From contig OZ076417.1 of the NCBI GenBank assembly GCA_964187785.1, positions 2,418,001-2,482,000 on the forward strand: DNA of 64,000 bases, given 5' to 3'. This document shows, in pieces, positions 11,748 through 23,600 of the stretch. A program made the position numbers and the translations under genes. The DNA is from Amphiscolops sp. MND2022 (lineage: Eukaryota). The notes under the pieces were generated by a model. That model was not told the DNA's origin and made no database searches. It was given only the letters and a program-made list of their open reading frames with translations. Positions within the stretch are counted from its first letter, which is position 1. Every line of letters begins with the position of its first letter.

Positions 11748-13690
11748 GTCACTTCTTGATCACATAGTACATAATGATTGCGTAAACAATCTTGAGTTTG
11801 GTGTCATCAAAACCAATATTACAGATCATTTTGCAACTTATTTCTAATTGGATATAACAAACTCTCAATCCATTCGTTTTCAACAAACCAGGGCAACAAT
11901 GCCATTTCTTCGAAATGGGTATCATAGAGAGAAATACCTAAACTACTTAAGGCCTTGTCTGGAACTGTCAAATTTAGAACAGGAGGTCGAAAGGTTAACT
12001 GAAAGTCTAGCAGATGCACTCACAACAGCCGTCAACGTTTTCAATTTCAAAGAAAAAATAAAGGTTACAAAATCAAATAAACCTTGGTTTGACAAGGATG
12101 TAAAGAAAAGGATAATCCGACGAAATTTCGCGTTTAACAGATAAAAGCGATATCGCACTCCGTCTAACAAAACTAAAGACACGAAAATCAGAAATCGCAT
12201 CAGCTAACTCATGCGGTCGAAGAAACGAGAATACTTTGATGATCGACTTACCCGTTTCTTGAATTCGACAAAACACTTTTTCAACGAATTGAATCGACTA
12301 ACTGGTAGACAGAAGAAGAAAAGTAACTTCATAATCGCAGACAACAAAATCAAATTGAACACCGATGATTGTGCCGTTTCAAACGTGTTCAATGAGAAGT
12401 TCGTTTCGATAAGCAAAACTTCAGCTTATCGAAACGAAGGATTATTCAAACATGAGAAATCTCTCTTTTTCTATCCAACTGATTCCCTGGAAATCTCTAA
12501 AATTGTACGAAACCCTAGGAACCATAAAGCGGCCGGATTAGATGGGCTAACTGCTGAAATTTTAAAGGTTAGTCTTGATGTGATTTGTGATAGTCTGACC
12601 TAGCTTATTGCACATGACGAAGTCAATGTGCATTGCAGTCCAGCTAAGTAAGTTTTCTTTCCACTATAGTCAACTTCATAATGAACGCCTTTTAGAAAAA
12701 AGCCAAAACCCCAGGGAGATTCGCACCTGCAGCCTCCCGATTGCACGGCATAAGTGTTGACCACTGTGCCGTTATTGAACAATGTTGAACAAAGTTGAAC
12801 AAAGTTGGACGTTATTGAACAAAGTTGAACTGTTGAATATATACGCATGCGATTAAATATATACGATTTTCGGCCTTCGTCTAGCCATGATTCGTCTTCC
12901 TCATGTGTTGCGAAGCACCGCTTCGCCTCTGTGTCAACAAATCATTATCAAGAGGTGTTTTCCCAAAAAATTTGAAAACTCCGAAAGTGGTTCCAATCTT
13001 TAAATCTGACAAAAAAAGCAATTGTGAGAAATATAGACCCATATCAATTTTATCGGTTCTGAGCAAAGTCTTTGAGCGGGTAGTTTTCGAGAGACTGTAT
13101 AAATTCATGCAAGTAAACAATCTTTTCTATTGTCGTCAATTCGGATTCAGATCAAAAATGAGTACACTGCTTGCACTAACGGACATACAGGAACTGATCC
13201 GGAATTATGCTCATATTGATGTATCCTGCATGCTATTAGATCTGAGAAAAGCTTTTGATACGATAAATCATGAAATCTTGTTATCCAAATTAGAGAGCTA
13301 TGGTGTGAAAGGTATTTGTTTAGAATGAGTCAGGTCATATCTCAATGATCGTACCTAATGCGTTGCTATTAATAATCAGTTTTCAAATACCCTAGCTGTT
13401 GAGTGTGGTGTACCACAAGGATCGATTCTAGGACCGCCTATACTTCTAACATACGTCAATGACTTTCCAAGCTCTTGTGATGGTATTATACCAATCTTGT
13501 ACGCATATGATACTAACTGTGCCTATATCCGACTGAAAAATGCTGTCGAAACTTCAAGATGAAGTTGAGCATATACCGTCGTGGATGGCAAAAAATAACT
13601 TGAGCCTTCATTCTGGAAAGACTGAGCTTGTGCACTTCTTGAGCTGTCGGGATGAAAATGTGAAAAAGGCAAATACTATCATATCTGTGG
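11748..13690 (+). mobile_element. Non-LTR retrotransposon (LINE; CR1/L2-like) ORF2 fragment: APE C-terminus plus RT
   Basis: LLDHI...TDH (APE end), KPWF, AAGLDG, KVVPIFK, YRPISILSVLSKVFE, QFGFR, LDLRKAFDTINH, GVPQGSILGP. Multiple stops. Confidence 0.88.
12601..12925. repeat. Unclassified insertion (about 325 bp) in the LINE RT, with (TTGAACAAAG)n-like micro-repeats
   Basis: Splits the expected LINE sequence DSLT|LCVNKSL. About 10-bp repeats at ~12770-12840. No TSD seen. Confidence 0.45.
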
Positions 13691-13691
13691 C

Positions 13692-15692
13692 AGTGGAGAA
13701 CGTGCATTTCGTATGTGACGGAAAATCGTTTCGACAGGTTGATGATCTTGCCATGGGTTCGGCTTTGTCCGTGGTTCTGAGCAACATTTGGCTGCACGGT
13801 TTTGAAAATGATCTGTAACGTCAAGCTAACAGCTACATTCTAGAACCGGGACAATGCCCAGGTTGCCTCAACAAGAGACCAGTGTCTTATATCAACCTAA
13901 ACATCAGTTTTTGGTCCCAAAAGGTCTCAGTAGGGACTTTTTCAAGACGTCGTGGAGACTCCTCATTTTAAAGCTCCGTGGCGACGTGCCGGCACACTCA
14001 AAGTCCGTACACGTCCCACAAGCACGTAAAAACTTATCCTAAGGTTCCTGCGTGTATCTACATACCTCTGAGGTCCAAAACAGGGGTTTCAGCTACAGTA
14101 CATTAATTTGCAGAATCATGTAAATAACAGGTAGAAAGTGGATCTAGTAGATCCAGCACCATCATTAATCTGCAAATTTCCAATAATAACAAACAGGAAA
14201 TAAACAAGATTTTGCATATTTGGCTTATTCATCTAGTTCTTCGGGTATCTGGGATAAGCCATCGATGGGTTCTATACCTTTTTCTTGTCTTCAGAGGCAA
14301 TCTTCTCGTTGAGACGACACAAACCGCTACTTTCGGTCCTCTGAAGGTCCTTCTGAAATTTTTATTCTTCGGTGTCGGGGGTCTGTGTGTCTTTTTTGTG
14401 TGTCCTTTTTGTCTCTTTTTGCGATTTCAAAGACCTGCAAGGTCGGCCATATTGACTCGCACACTTTCTGCTTCTTGAACGAAATTTTGCAACGTTGGCT
14501 GGACGTTACAATCTGAAAAATGAAACACCAATGAATCCAAACAATCGGCCGAAAGAGAACGTTTTCCCCTGTGGACAGTGCCGACAGAACGTGAACGCCA
14601 GCGACACGGCCGTATGTTGTGATGGAATCAACTGATAAAAAGACACTGATGAGCAGTTAGGAAGATTTTTGGCTCCGTGGTTGCTCAAAGGAAGCGCCAA
14701 AGCAAGCAAAAATCTTTTACAGATACATAGACGACATCCCGAGGACAGTCAAAGTCACCGACATGAAAGGACTCTTCAACATGGCGAATGCGCTCCATTG
14801 TAATCAGGAGTTCACGATAGAAGAAGAAAAAGAAAGCTCCATTACATATTTAGACATTTAGACATGCTAATCCAGAGGAGAAGGGATAACACACTCAGGT
14901 CCCGGTGGTACACAAAACCGACCGACACGGGCCTAATGATGTATTACCAGAGTTTTGCCCTGGTAAAATACAAGCGAAATGTAGTGGAAGAGACAGTGCA
15001 TAGAATAAATCAAGCAACATCTGAATGGGATGAATTCACGGCAGGTATTGAAAAAGCCGAGAAGATATTCGAGAAAAATAAAAATCCACAGTTCTACAGT
15101 CAAATCGTGAGGAACACAGTGTCTAAGATTGTACAAAAAGAAACAGTTGAACAAGAATGCCACACAAAAATCTGATCCTCTTACGACACGACCCACGCTA
15201 ATGCTTCAGTACAGAGGTAGAGAGAGTGACCACTTCGCGAGACAACTAAGAAGCCAGAATGTCTCAACAATCTTCACTACGAGGAAACCCAGAAGTTGCC
15301 TGCCTAGCCTGAAGTCGAAAGTCGTGAAATCGCTCACCAGTCGCGTAGTATATCGTATTCAATGCCCAGGGTGTAATTCCTGCTATGTCGGCCAAACGGC
15401 TAGACATCTGACTACAAGACTGACGGAACACAAGCGACGGACTTCACCCTTGGAAGCCCACTTCTCGGACTGCAAAGTGGCCCTAAGTCTGTCAATGCCG
15501 AAATTTTTGACTCGTTTGGACACCAACAAACTACTTGCGCTTGAGGCACTTTACATCGCGAGATTAAAACCAGGCCTCAATCAACTGGATAGGTATCGAT
15601 CGCGCGAGTTGGCCGTGAAGATGTAGGTGTTGAAGATTCGTTTCTTTCTCTACACATCAGCATGTTAAACTGAATATTCATTCGCACATCCA
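13692..15692 (+). mobile_element. Penelope-like element (RT + GIY-YIG), 5' truncated; its 3' end continues after 27410
   Basis: RQVDDLAMGSALSVVLSNIW (PLE RT motif 4), KIFYRYIDDI (~14710-14740), WYTKPTDTG, then the GIY-YIG domain. Confidence 0.88.
15129..15626 (+). CDS. Penelope GIY-YIG endonuclease domain
   Basis: VVYRIQCPGCNSCYVGQTARHLTTRLTEH...LEALYI...PGLN. Confidence 0.85.
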   Translation: MYKKKQLNKNATQKSDPLTTRPTLMLQYRGRESDHFARQLRSQNVSTIFTTRKPRSCLPSLKSKVVKSLTSRVVYRIQCPGCNSCYVGQTARHLTTRLTEHKRRTSPLEAHFSDCKVALSLSMPKFLTRLDTNKLLALEALYIARLKPGLNQLDRYRSRELAVKM

Positions 15693-15850
15693 TGTTGTAT
15701 ATACTGATTTATGCCTTTATTATATATTGTTGTAATTGACCTTTGTTTTGTTTTAGATGTCGATGTCCCTTTGATATGTGCTTTGATAACTTCCGTCTAC
15801 AGAATACTAACCTTTATAGAAAAGCGTTTTGATCAACGAGAAACACGACA
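15693..15850 (+). repeat. Gypsy-2 5' LTR (158 bp)
   Basis: TGTTGTATA...ACACGACA. Matches 20602-20653 joined to 27300-27405 with about 5 substitutions. Confidence 0.95.
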
Positions 15851-15852
15851 AT

Positions 15853-15870
15853 TGGTGTCCAGACCAGGAT
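15853..15870 (+). promoter_or_regulatory. Gypsy-2 primer-binding site
   Basis: TGGTGTCCAGACCAGGAT, 2 nt after the LTR, shaped like the complement of a tRNA 3' end. The tRNA species was not identified. Confidence 0.75.
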
Positions 15871-15886
15871 TCATTTCAAAGTTAGC

Positions 15887-16480
15887 ATGCTCAAAATTAT
15901 TGCTGCCAGTTCCTTGTACAACTCAATTGAAGAACTTCAAATCAAGTTGCGTAAACAACTACGAGAACTCGTCCACGCCGGTCCCGATTTTAGCCTGAAC
16001 CCAGAGTCCGTGAACAAGTCAAAAGACGCTTACAACTATCTAAAGTCCGAAGAACTGAGAGATACGAGAATAATCCTGTGGCACGATCTGATTAACAATA
16101 CTATCACACCCCACAAAAGTAACAACTATCAACCGCAAAGTGTAAATCAGCTGGTGGCTTCATTGAGAAGTCTAACAAACTTATGCGGCATAGTTTATTG
16201 CCAACGTACAGGGTCCCCGAATATTTTTGAAGACCTGAGAACATTGGACTGCCCAATCATCCAAGTCACGACAGATATTTTGAGCAAGTCAGAGCAGCGC
16301 AGTGAAGTACTCGTCGAGAAGTACAAAGCCTTACACCAATCCAGCGATCTCGAACTCAGACCCCTAGGTGTAGTTTTACATTTTTATCCGAACCTGCGGA
16401 AGATCTTGAAAACAAGAGACACCAAGCGAAGAACTCACGAGCAACGAAGAGAGGCTAAGAGAAAAAGAGAAGACAACTAA
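15887..16480 (+). CDS. Intact extra ORF (ORF0, 197 aa) upstream of gag; SGNH/GDSL-hydrolase-like by eye
   Basis: ATG 16 nt after the PBS and no internal stops. Spaced motifs IIAASSL / HAGPDFSLN / IILWHDLINN / ALHQ resemble SGNH blocks I, II, III and V. Confidence 0.55.
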   Translation: MLKIIAASSLYNSIEELQIKLRKQLRELVHAGPDFSLNPESVNKSKDAYNYLKSEELRDTRIILWHDLINNTITPHKSNNYQPQSVNQLVASLRSLTNLCGIVYCQRTGSPNIFEDLRTLDCPIIQVTTDILSKSEQRSEVLVEKYKALHQSSDLELRPLGVVLHFYPNLRKILKTRDTKRRTHEQRREAKRKREDN

Positions 16481-16578
16481 AGGTGAGCTTTTAGAGTCTC
16501 GGACTCAGAGCCGCTGTTGTTACCTCTTTATAGCTTTTCGAATTAAAGGTGAGCTTTTAGAGTTTTGGACTCAAAGCC
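16478..16578 (+). promoter_or_regulatory. Twin 35-bp direct repeats forming similar stem-loops between ORF0 and gag
   Basis: TAAAGGTGAGCTTTTAGAGTyTyGGACTCArAGCC at 16478 and 16544, with 3 differences. Confidence 0.6.
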
Positions 16579-16638
16579 CCCTTAGTAATTCTTAGCCATT
16601 AAGACTCAAATTGTTCGAATCGTGTTTTTTTCAAGTCA

Positions 16639-19600
16639 TTGCCAAAATCAACGGGTAAACCGGAATTGAACCTCAAGGAACCCGATCAAGCACTTATGTG
16701 GCTCAAGGCGTTCGAGGCGCGAGCGCGTGTTGAAAAGGAAAGGGACATCGACGCAACACCTGGAACTAGTGGACCGCCAGCTGTTGCTGCCATAGCAAAT
16801 GATTATCAGGTGACTGATTTTTTCATGAGCCAATGCGGCCTCGAAGCGTTGATAAAGCTCAGTAGCCTCGTCGCGCCCAGAAACATTGAAGACATGAAAA
16901 TCATAGACATTCGTAAGGATCTCATAAATTACTTGAAGCCACAAGAGAGACTGGTGGTTGCAGAACGCACTGTCTTCCTTCAGATGTCTCAAGGGGGAGA
17001 AGAAGCAGAAACCGACTACCATGCTAGGCTCCGAGAGGCTGCGCGTTATTGTAAATTTGTCGATCTCAAAGCTTCTCCGGATACTGAAGCTGAAATGATC
17101 CGAGAACAATTCATCGCCGGACTACGAGACAGCGAATCAAAGCTCAAGTTGCTTGAAGCACTCAGAGCAAACGACATTTTGACTGTGGAAGAACTGCTTC
17201 AGCTTATTCGATACAGAACCCAGGCCAAGAGATTTGCTGAGAGCTCAGTTCATCAGTCAACTTCAAGTGTAGTGGCATATGCGGAAAAACGTGGCCCCAA
17301 TAATAAAAAAAGATCTGAGTCGCCGTCAGAAGCCAGAGCAGTGTGGACGATGTGGACGAAAGACATTCCATTTATTTTATGAGTGCCCTGCCAGGGATGA
17401 AAAGTGCCACAATTGTTCGAAGCAAGGACACTATTCCAGAATGAGCAAAGCTAAAAGACAAGAAGCCTCGCGAACTGAGGGGAAAACCTATCGAAAATCA
17501 AATGCATCAGTGTACCATACTTGTGAAGAACAAGAATTCGAAAATTCCGCCTCGTCTGAGGAAACCATGTATTATGCAGAACAAGTCGCAACTGTAGAAG
17601 AAGTCCATCACATTGGAAGCAAAGCTGAATTTCATAGCATCAAGATAAATGGCCATGACGTTCGAATGCAGAACGACACTGGATCTTCAGTGACCATTAT
17701 TTCAACAAAAATTTGGCGGGAAATTGGCTCTCCTACCTTGAGCACTAGCCCCGATGGATTGAAGCATATGATGGACACAGAATGCTTTATATTGGTCATC
17801 TAAAGTGTGAAATCCCTTGGGAAAAGAAAATTCATAGCGTTGACGTTGCAGTTATCGAGTCCGAGAAAGAATTCGGATTGATAGACAGAGACGTGACCCG
17901 AGTTGATCACATTCACAACGCGTCTCAGTCTGATGTAAAAGTCTTGCTTGCAATTAAAGGAGTTAAAGCCACTATCAAACTAAAGCCTGACGCAAAACCT
18001 GTTTTCTGTCGCGCTCGAAAAGTTCCACTTGCCATTAAGACCAGGTCAATATTGAATTGGCGAAACTTCAGGCACAAGGAATCATTGCCCCAGTCGACCC
18101 AGGAGGTGTCATGAATGCCTCGCCAGTCGTGTGGCAAAGGAAGAAAGACGGATCTTTCGGCTTTGTGCAGACTTCAAAATTCATGTGAGCGATAAGATCA
18201 TGACTGAAGACTACCCCCTTCCCGACATGGAAACATTATTTCACGAGCTGGAAGGATCAAAGTTTTACGTCAAGATTGACTTATCATCTGCTTATTACCA
18301 AATAATGCTGGATGATGCAGCGCAGGAAACTTGTGTCATCAACACAACGCTGGGTCTCTTCAAGTTACTCAGACGACCTCAAGGAATGACAAATGCATCC
18401 GGAATGTTCCAGCGAACAATCGAGAACACTCTCAAAGGATTGGCTGGAACTATCTGTTTCCAGGACGACGTACTGGTACACGGAAGAACAAAAAGTCAAT
18501 GTGAGAAGCGTTGGAGGCAGTTCAGGATCGCCTGAAAGACAAAGGGTTCACCACAAACGAAATCAAGTCTGGAAATGTCATGGAGAAAATCACTTTTCTC
18601 GGTTTTACAATTTCAGGAAGCGGGATTGAGCCCGATGATTGCCTTGTCAGTAAAGTCAGGAAAATCCATCCTCCTCAAAGTGTTAACGAAGTCGAACAAG
18701 TTTGTGGATTGGTCAACTTCTACGGCCGGTTCATCTCAAACTTCACGTCGAAAATTGCCCCAATATCTGATCTGAGGAAGAAGTCGGAGGCTGAGTTCCA
18801 GTGGACCGACAATTGTCAACGTGCATTCGAAAGGCTGAAATCTGAGCTAGTATCGAAACCTGTCGTTCAGCCCTATTCTCTGAAAAAGGAAGTAACAATC
18901 ACGACTGATGCGTCTGAGAAAGCTATTGGCGGAGTCTTATCTCAAGAGGGGCACCCTGTAATTTATGTATCGAAGACATTGTCTCAAGCTGAGCAAAGTT
19001 ACTCTAACATTGAGCGAGAAGCCCTAGCGATTGTTTTTGTGGTAAAACGCTTGAAGCAGTTTTTACATGGCCGGAAATTCAACCTCGAAACTGATCATCG
19101 TCCCCTGGAATTCATATTTGCTCCAAACAAGGAACTCCCAAAAACCGTATCAGCAAGAATCACAAGATGGGCAATTTCGCTTATGGCCTTTGATTATGAG
19201 ATTAAATACAAAGAAGGTTCCTCGATTCCTCATGCTGACGCCATGAGTAGGCTGAAATCCGATTAGGATGACGACGATTGCAATCTAGTCGACTACTCAA
19301 GTTCCAATCTTGATGAATTCTGTGTTCATTATGCCGAGCATAAACTCATTCCATTCGAAGAGTTGAGGAGTGAATGTGAACGCGATGAATTGGCCAAGCG
19401 AATTATCAGGCGGGTAATCGATGGCCATTGGAAAGCATGTACTCAAGTAGAGAGTATTTTCGAGAAAGTATCTGGTTTGCTCACAGTCGAGAACGGGCTG
19501 CTGTACAACGGAACTAGACCTTACATTCCACCAAGAATGCGAAACATCGTAAATGGAAGGAGCCCATGACACGCACCCTGGTGTCCAGGCGACTAAGAAC

Positions 19601-20580
19601 ATGGTGAACCTAATGTCTTGGTGGCCTGGGGTTGGAAAGGATGTTGAAAAATTCATAAGTGCCTGCTCTGAATGTGCAAAAATCCGACCACGAACTGAGA
19701 AATCGATCGATACTTGGCCAGATGCACAACCATATGAGAGACACCACATGGATTGGGCTTATATTCAAGAAGTAGACAACATTCTTATCATTGTCGACGC
19801 GGGTTCTGGTTGGATAGAAGTGTTCATATGCGGCGATCGGCCCACGGAAAAAGTCATACATTGTCTGTCCGCCATTTTTGGGAGATTTGGGGTCCCACAC
19901 ACTTTAGTTTCCGACAATGCAAAAGAATTTATCAACGACAAAGTTGTCACGTGGTTACAGGCTCAAGGCTGCATCAAATTAGAGAGCCCAATCCACAATC
20001 CAAGGAGTAATGGACTTGCCGAACGGGTTGTGCAGACTAAAGAAAGCAATGAGGGCATGGAACTTGTCTCTTCGTGTCAGTTTCCATGCATTTCTGCAGC
20101 GAGTCCTGTTCACACACCGTAACACTTCTTCCGTGAGAGGGAAGACTTCCTCAGAAGTTCTGCTTGGAAGGAAAATGCGACTTCCTGCTGTCATCAATTA
20201 TCCCATCGGAGAGCGCGTAGTTTTTCGTGCTGGACCTCACACTGAATCTTTTCCTGCGAGGTATGTCGTTCGGAAGGGCAATAATACAGCATGGCTCACT
20301 AAGGAAGATTCAGACGGGTCCGAGAGAACAATTCTAGCAAGTACTAGTCAAATTGCTCCCTTTGCCAGTCCAACTATCGCTGCCCCTGATCTAGTGACGG
20401 CTAAATCAACTACAGATGGTACTACGACCACAGGCGTGGCGTAACAAACTTCGACATGCGTTTCTAGTAGAGGCCCGTCTTTGGTTGTAGAGTCTTCTAC
20501 TACTCCCGAGGTCCCGCTCAGGAGGTCTGCACGAGTAAGGAAACCGAACCCGAAATTAAACGACTTCATTTGCAAGTAGC
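16639..20580 (+). pseudogene. Gypsy-2 gag-pol (gag, zinc knuckles, PR, RT, RH, IN), frameshifted
   Basis: CGRCGRK..HL..CPA and CHNCSKQGH; DTGSS; RLCADFK, IDLSSAY, FQDDVL; DASEKAIGG, YSNIEREAL; HDTHPG, SWWPG, MDWAY, SDNAKEF, SNGLAER; LRRSARVRKP tail. Confidence 0.92.
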
Positions 20581-20591
20581 TATAAACTCTT

Positions 20592-20653
20592 GGAAGGGGG
20601 ATGTTGTATATACTGATTTATGCCTTTATTATATATTGCTGTAATTGACTTAT
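20592..20653 (+). repeat. Gypsy-2 PPT and left part of the 3' LTR
   Basis: GGAAGGGGGA, then TGTTGTATATACTG at 20602. Confidence 0.9.
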
Positions 20654-23600
20654 TATAGAAACCTCTATTTGTAGAAACAGTGTTAATAAAACATTTATTT
20701 CATACAATGATCCTCTGAAATAAAATGACACTTTAAAAATACATCTATACATTTTACGAACTGTTATAATAGAGTTTACGACATTGTACATCTACCTTCC
20801 CCTCTCCAGTCCGAACTGGTCGTAGTAGATCGGGGAGGACTGTCACAGTCGAATGTAGTCCCCAAGTCTCACAGGGGGTCGCTTTTCCCTCTGGGATCGT
20901 CTGGGGGGAGTCCGTGGGTTATCCGGGGGGTCTTTGCTAGAGGTGACTCGTTGGGTAACCCAGTTTCATTAAGTTTATCACAACATCTGGCCTCCTTGTC
21001 GGGTGATCCAGCAGAAAGGATGTGGGGCATGATATCTTTGTCCAGCAAAGGCTTGTTCTCATCTCCGAGAGACTCATTTGGTGGGCAATTGAACTTGAGT
21101 GGTGCTTTGATTGTAACTGCCGGTGTCTCTGGGGGGAATATGGGACAGTTTGCCTCATTGACTTATTTGGGGGGTGTTGTGTGAACTGTGCATCGGTCAG
21201 AATTTGACGCTTTGTTTCCGGTTGCAGTGTTTGCGGCTTTGCTTTAGGTGGATCTTGTGCCTGTTCTGGGTTGGTTCGTTGATTCACCGGAGACAGATTC
21301 TCGGCGTTGTTGAGAGTTTTCAAAGGTTGGATGGTGTGGGTAGTACCGGGTATGTCCACAACAATCTTGTCGAATTTCCGTAGAAATTTCCGATTCCAGA
21401 GAGTAACTCTGCCCGATCCATCCACTTTGACGGCGTATTGGTCAAACTGTTTCACCTCGATCACTAAGCCGGTTCGATCCCATCGCAGTGGATGGTTACC
21501 TGTCTGGTTCTGGAAAAAGACCCGGTCGCCAACTTTAAGGGGTTGTATCCGTACCGTGTGTTCGGTGAGGCGTTCAGCATTTCTGACATTTCTAGCACGC
21601 ATTGCTTCTTCCCTGGCTCGTGATGTTTCTATCCAGGTGTTGTGAGGTCTGTATGAACCAGGCAGAATGGGGATGAAGTCCTTTATGGGTCGTCCAAAGA
21701 TCATTTGTGCTGGAGATAAACCGGTATCGCGGTCAGGGGTGTGGCGGTATTAAAGCATGCCTCTTTGAAATTTGTCGAGGTTGATCTCGCCGTTCGGGCC
21801 AGTGTTGTCCATGAGCATGGGCTTGCAGGTCTTGACCCCGAGCTCGGCGCGACCATTTGAGTGGGCAAGTGCAACAGATGAGAGGCGGTGATGGACACCC
21901 CAGTTTGACAACAGTTGTTGTGTCTCATCGGCCGTGAATTCAGGTCCGCCATCTGACGATAGTTCGTCTGCAATGCCGTATGTAACGAAAATTTCGCGTA
22001 GGCATTTTATAAGACCTGAAGAACCATCTCGTGATTGCTGCACAATCGGCCAACCAGAATAGCGGTCCACAACCACCATGTACTTGCAGCCCTTGTATTT
22101 GAAGTAATCCGCACAGATGCATTGGAAGGGTAAACTGGTTGCTGGGCCGCGAGCGGAGGGCCATGTGGTTGACTGGGCGCACGCTCGTTGCATGACCGGC
22201 ACCGAGCTCTCAAGTTTGCAATAGCCAGCGTAATGCCCGGCCAAAAGACGCTAGATTCAGCCCTGGACGTCATGCAGGAGACACCTTGATGAGCAGAATG
22301 CAGTGTGTCTAGGATAAGTGCTCTTAGTGGTGATGGGATAACAGTCCTGTTGTTGTATAAAGTCACTCCATCTATTGTGCTGAGTCCATCCCTGAATTGG
22401 AAGAATTCTCGTATACCCTGAATTCTCGGGCAAGATCCAATCGTGAGGTAATGCCCTGGAAACCGTCTTCGATTTTTTTGCGAGGGTGTGTTATCGGACC
22501 TCCGCCCATGTAACAGCGCGAATGTCGCCGAGATTGGTGGCCGCAGCAACTACAAGCTTTTCTTCCAGATCAGCTGATGTGTCGGGTTCCCACGTCATGG
22601 TAGCCTCAGGAAGACGGAGACGCGGTTCAATACAAGCGATGGAGTCCGACTCCTCGAAATCACTATCCAAGGGAAGTTTTTTGCATCACCAGTGGGTTTC
22701 CTCGAGTTTGCATCAGGCGCCTTTTGTTTCTGTCCAGGTATATGGATTCCACCGTGTCGGAGCCAAATACAAACTTTTCGGGATTCTGAACAATTCCGTG
22801 TCGACCGCAGATGTCTAGCCAACGACATGTTTGAAAGAAGCTTTCTTCGAGGGTGTCTGCCTATAAGCATGTGTCATCGATGCATTTGGTTTTGTTGGGG
22901 AAGTCATTGACAATCTCGTCTAATCTTCTGGTGTATCCGTCCTGTGAAGCAGCGTAGCCCTGTGGACAAGTTTTGTATCGGTACCGACCCCATGGCGTGA
23001 TGAACGTGGTGAGGTGGCGATCTTCTTCTCGGATTGGTACACTGTGATACCCGTTCCAAGCATCAGTAATTGTCTTCTTGGTCCCTGCAGGTACCAGCGT
23101 TGCTTGGTGAAACGGGGTTTGGGTGTGATGTGTTTCACGAACAGCATGTTTGTTGAGCACCTGCATGTTCACTGTGCGTCGTGGTTTGCCGTTTTTCTTC
23201 CGAGCCGTGACCATTCGATGGCACCGGGTAACCGGTTCTCCAACTGGGACAGCCTCCAGAACCCCGAGTTTGACATCTCTGTCGATAGACTCCTTCACTT
23301 CCTGTTGCCAGTGTAGAGGGACTGGAATGGGTTTGTGGACTGCAATCGGCTTGGCTTCGGGGTCGACGTGGAGTTCCAACGGCGGGCCCTCCATCAGAGG
23401 GAGTGTTTGGCATTCGCAAGTGTTGAAAGTGCTGGATCGGTATCTGTCTAGTATCCAATTCTGGAGAGCGGTCCGGTTGGCGTCCGTTGCTGGGAATGGT
23501 AGGGCAGTTGGTAATGGTGGCGGCTTGGTGCGTATGGGGCAGGAGCAGTCCGCTCCTCGTCGCGTGGGCTTGCTGCAGCTGAACTGACTGACATGAGTTG

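Noticed and set aside
12861-12900. Minus-strand hammerhead-like CTAGACGA-AGGCC-GAAA
   Set aside because: The core has an extra base and stems I and II are not convincing. At most it is a decayed PLE relic.
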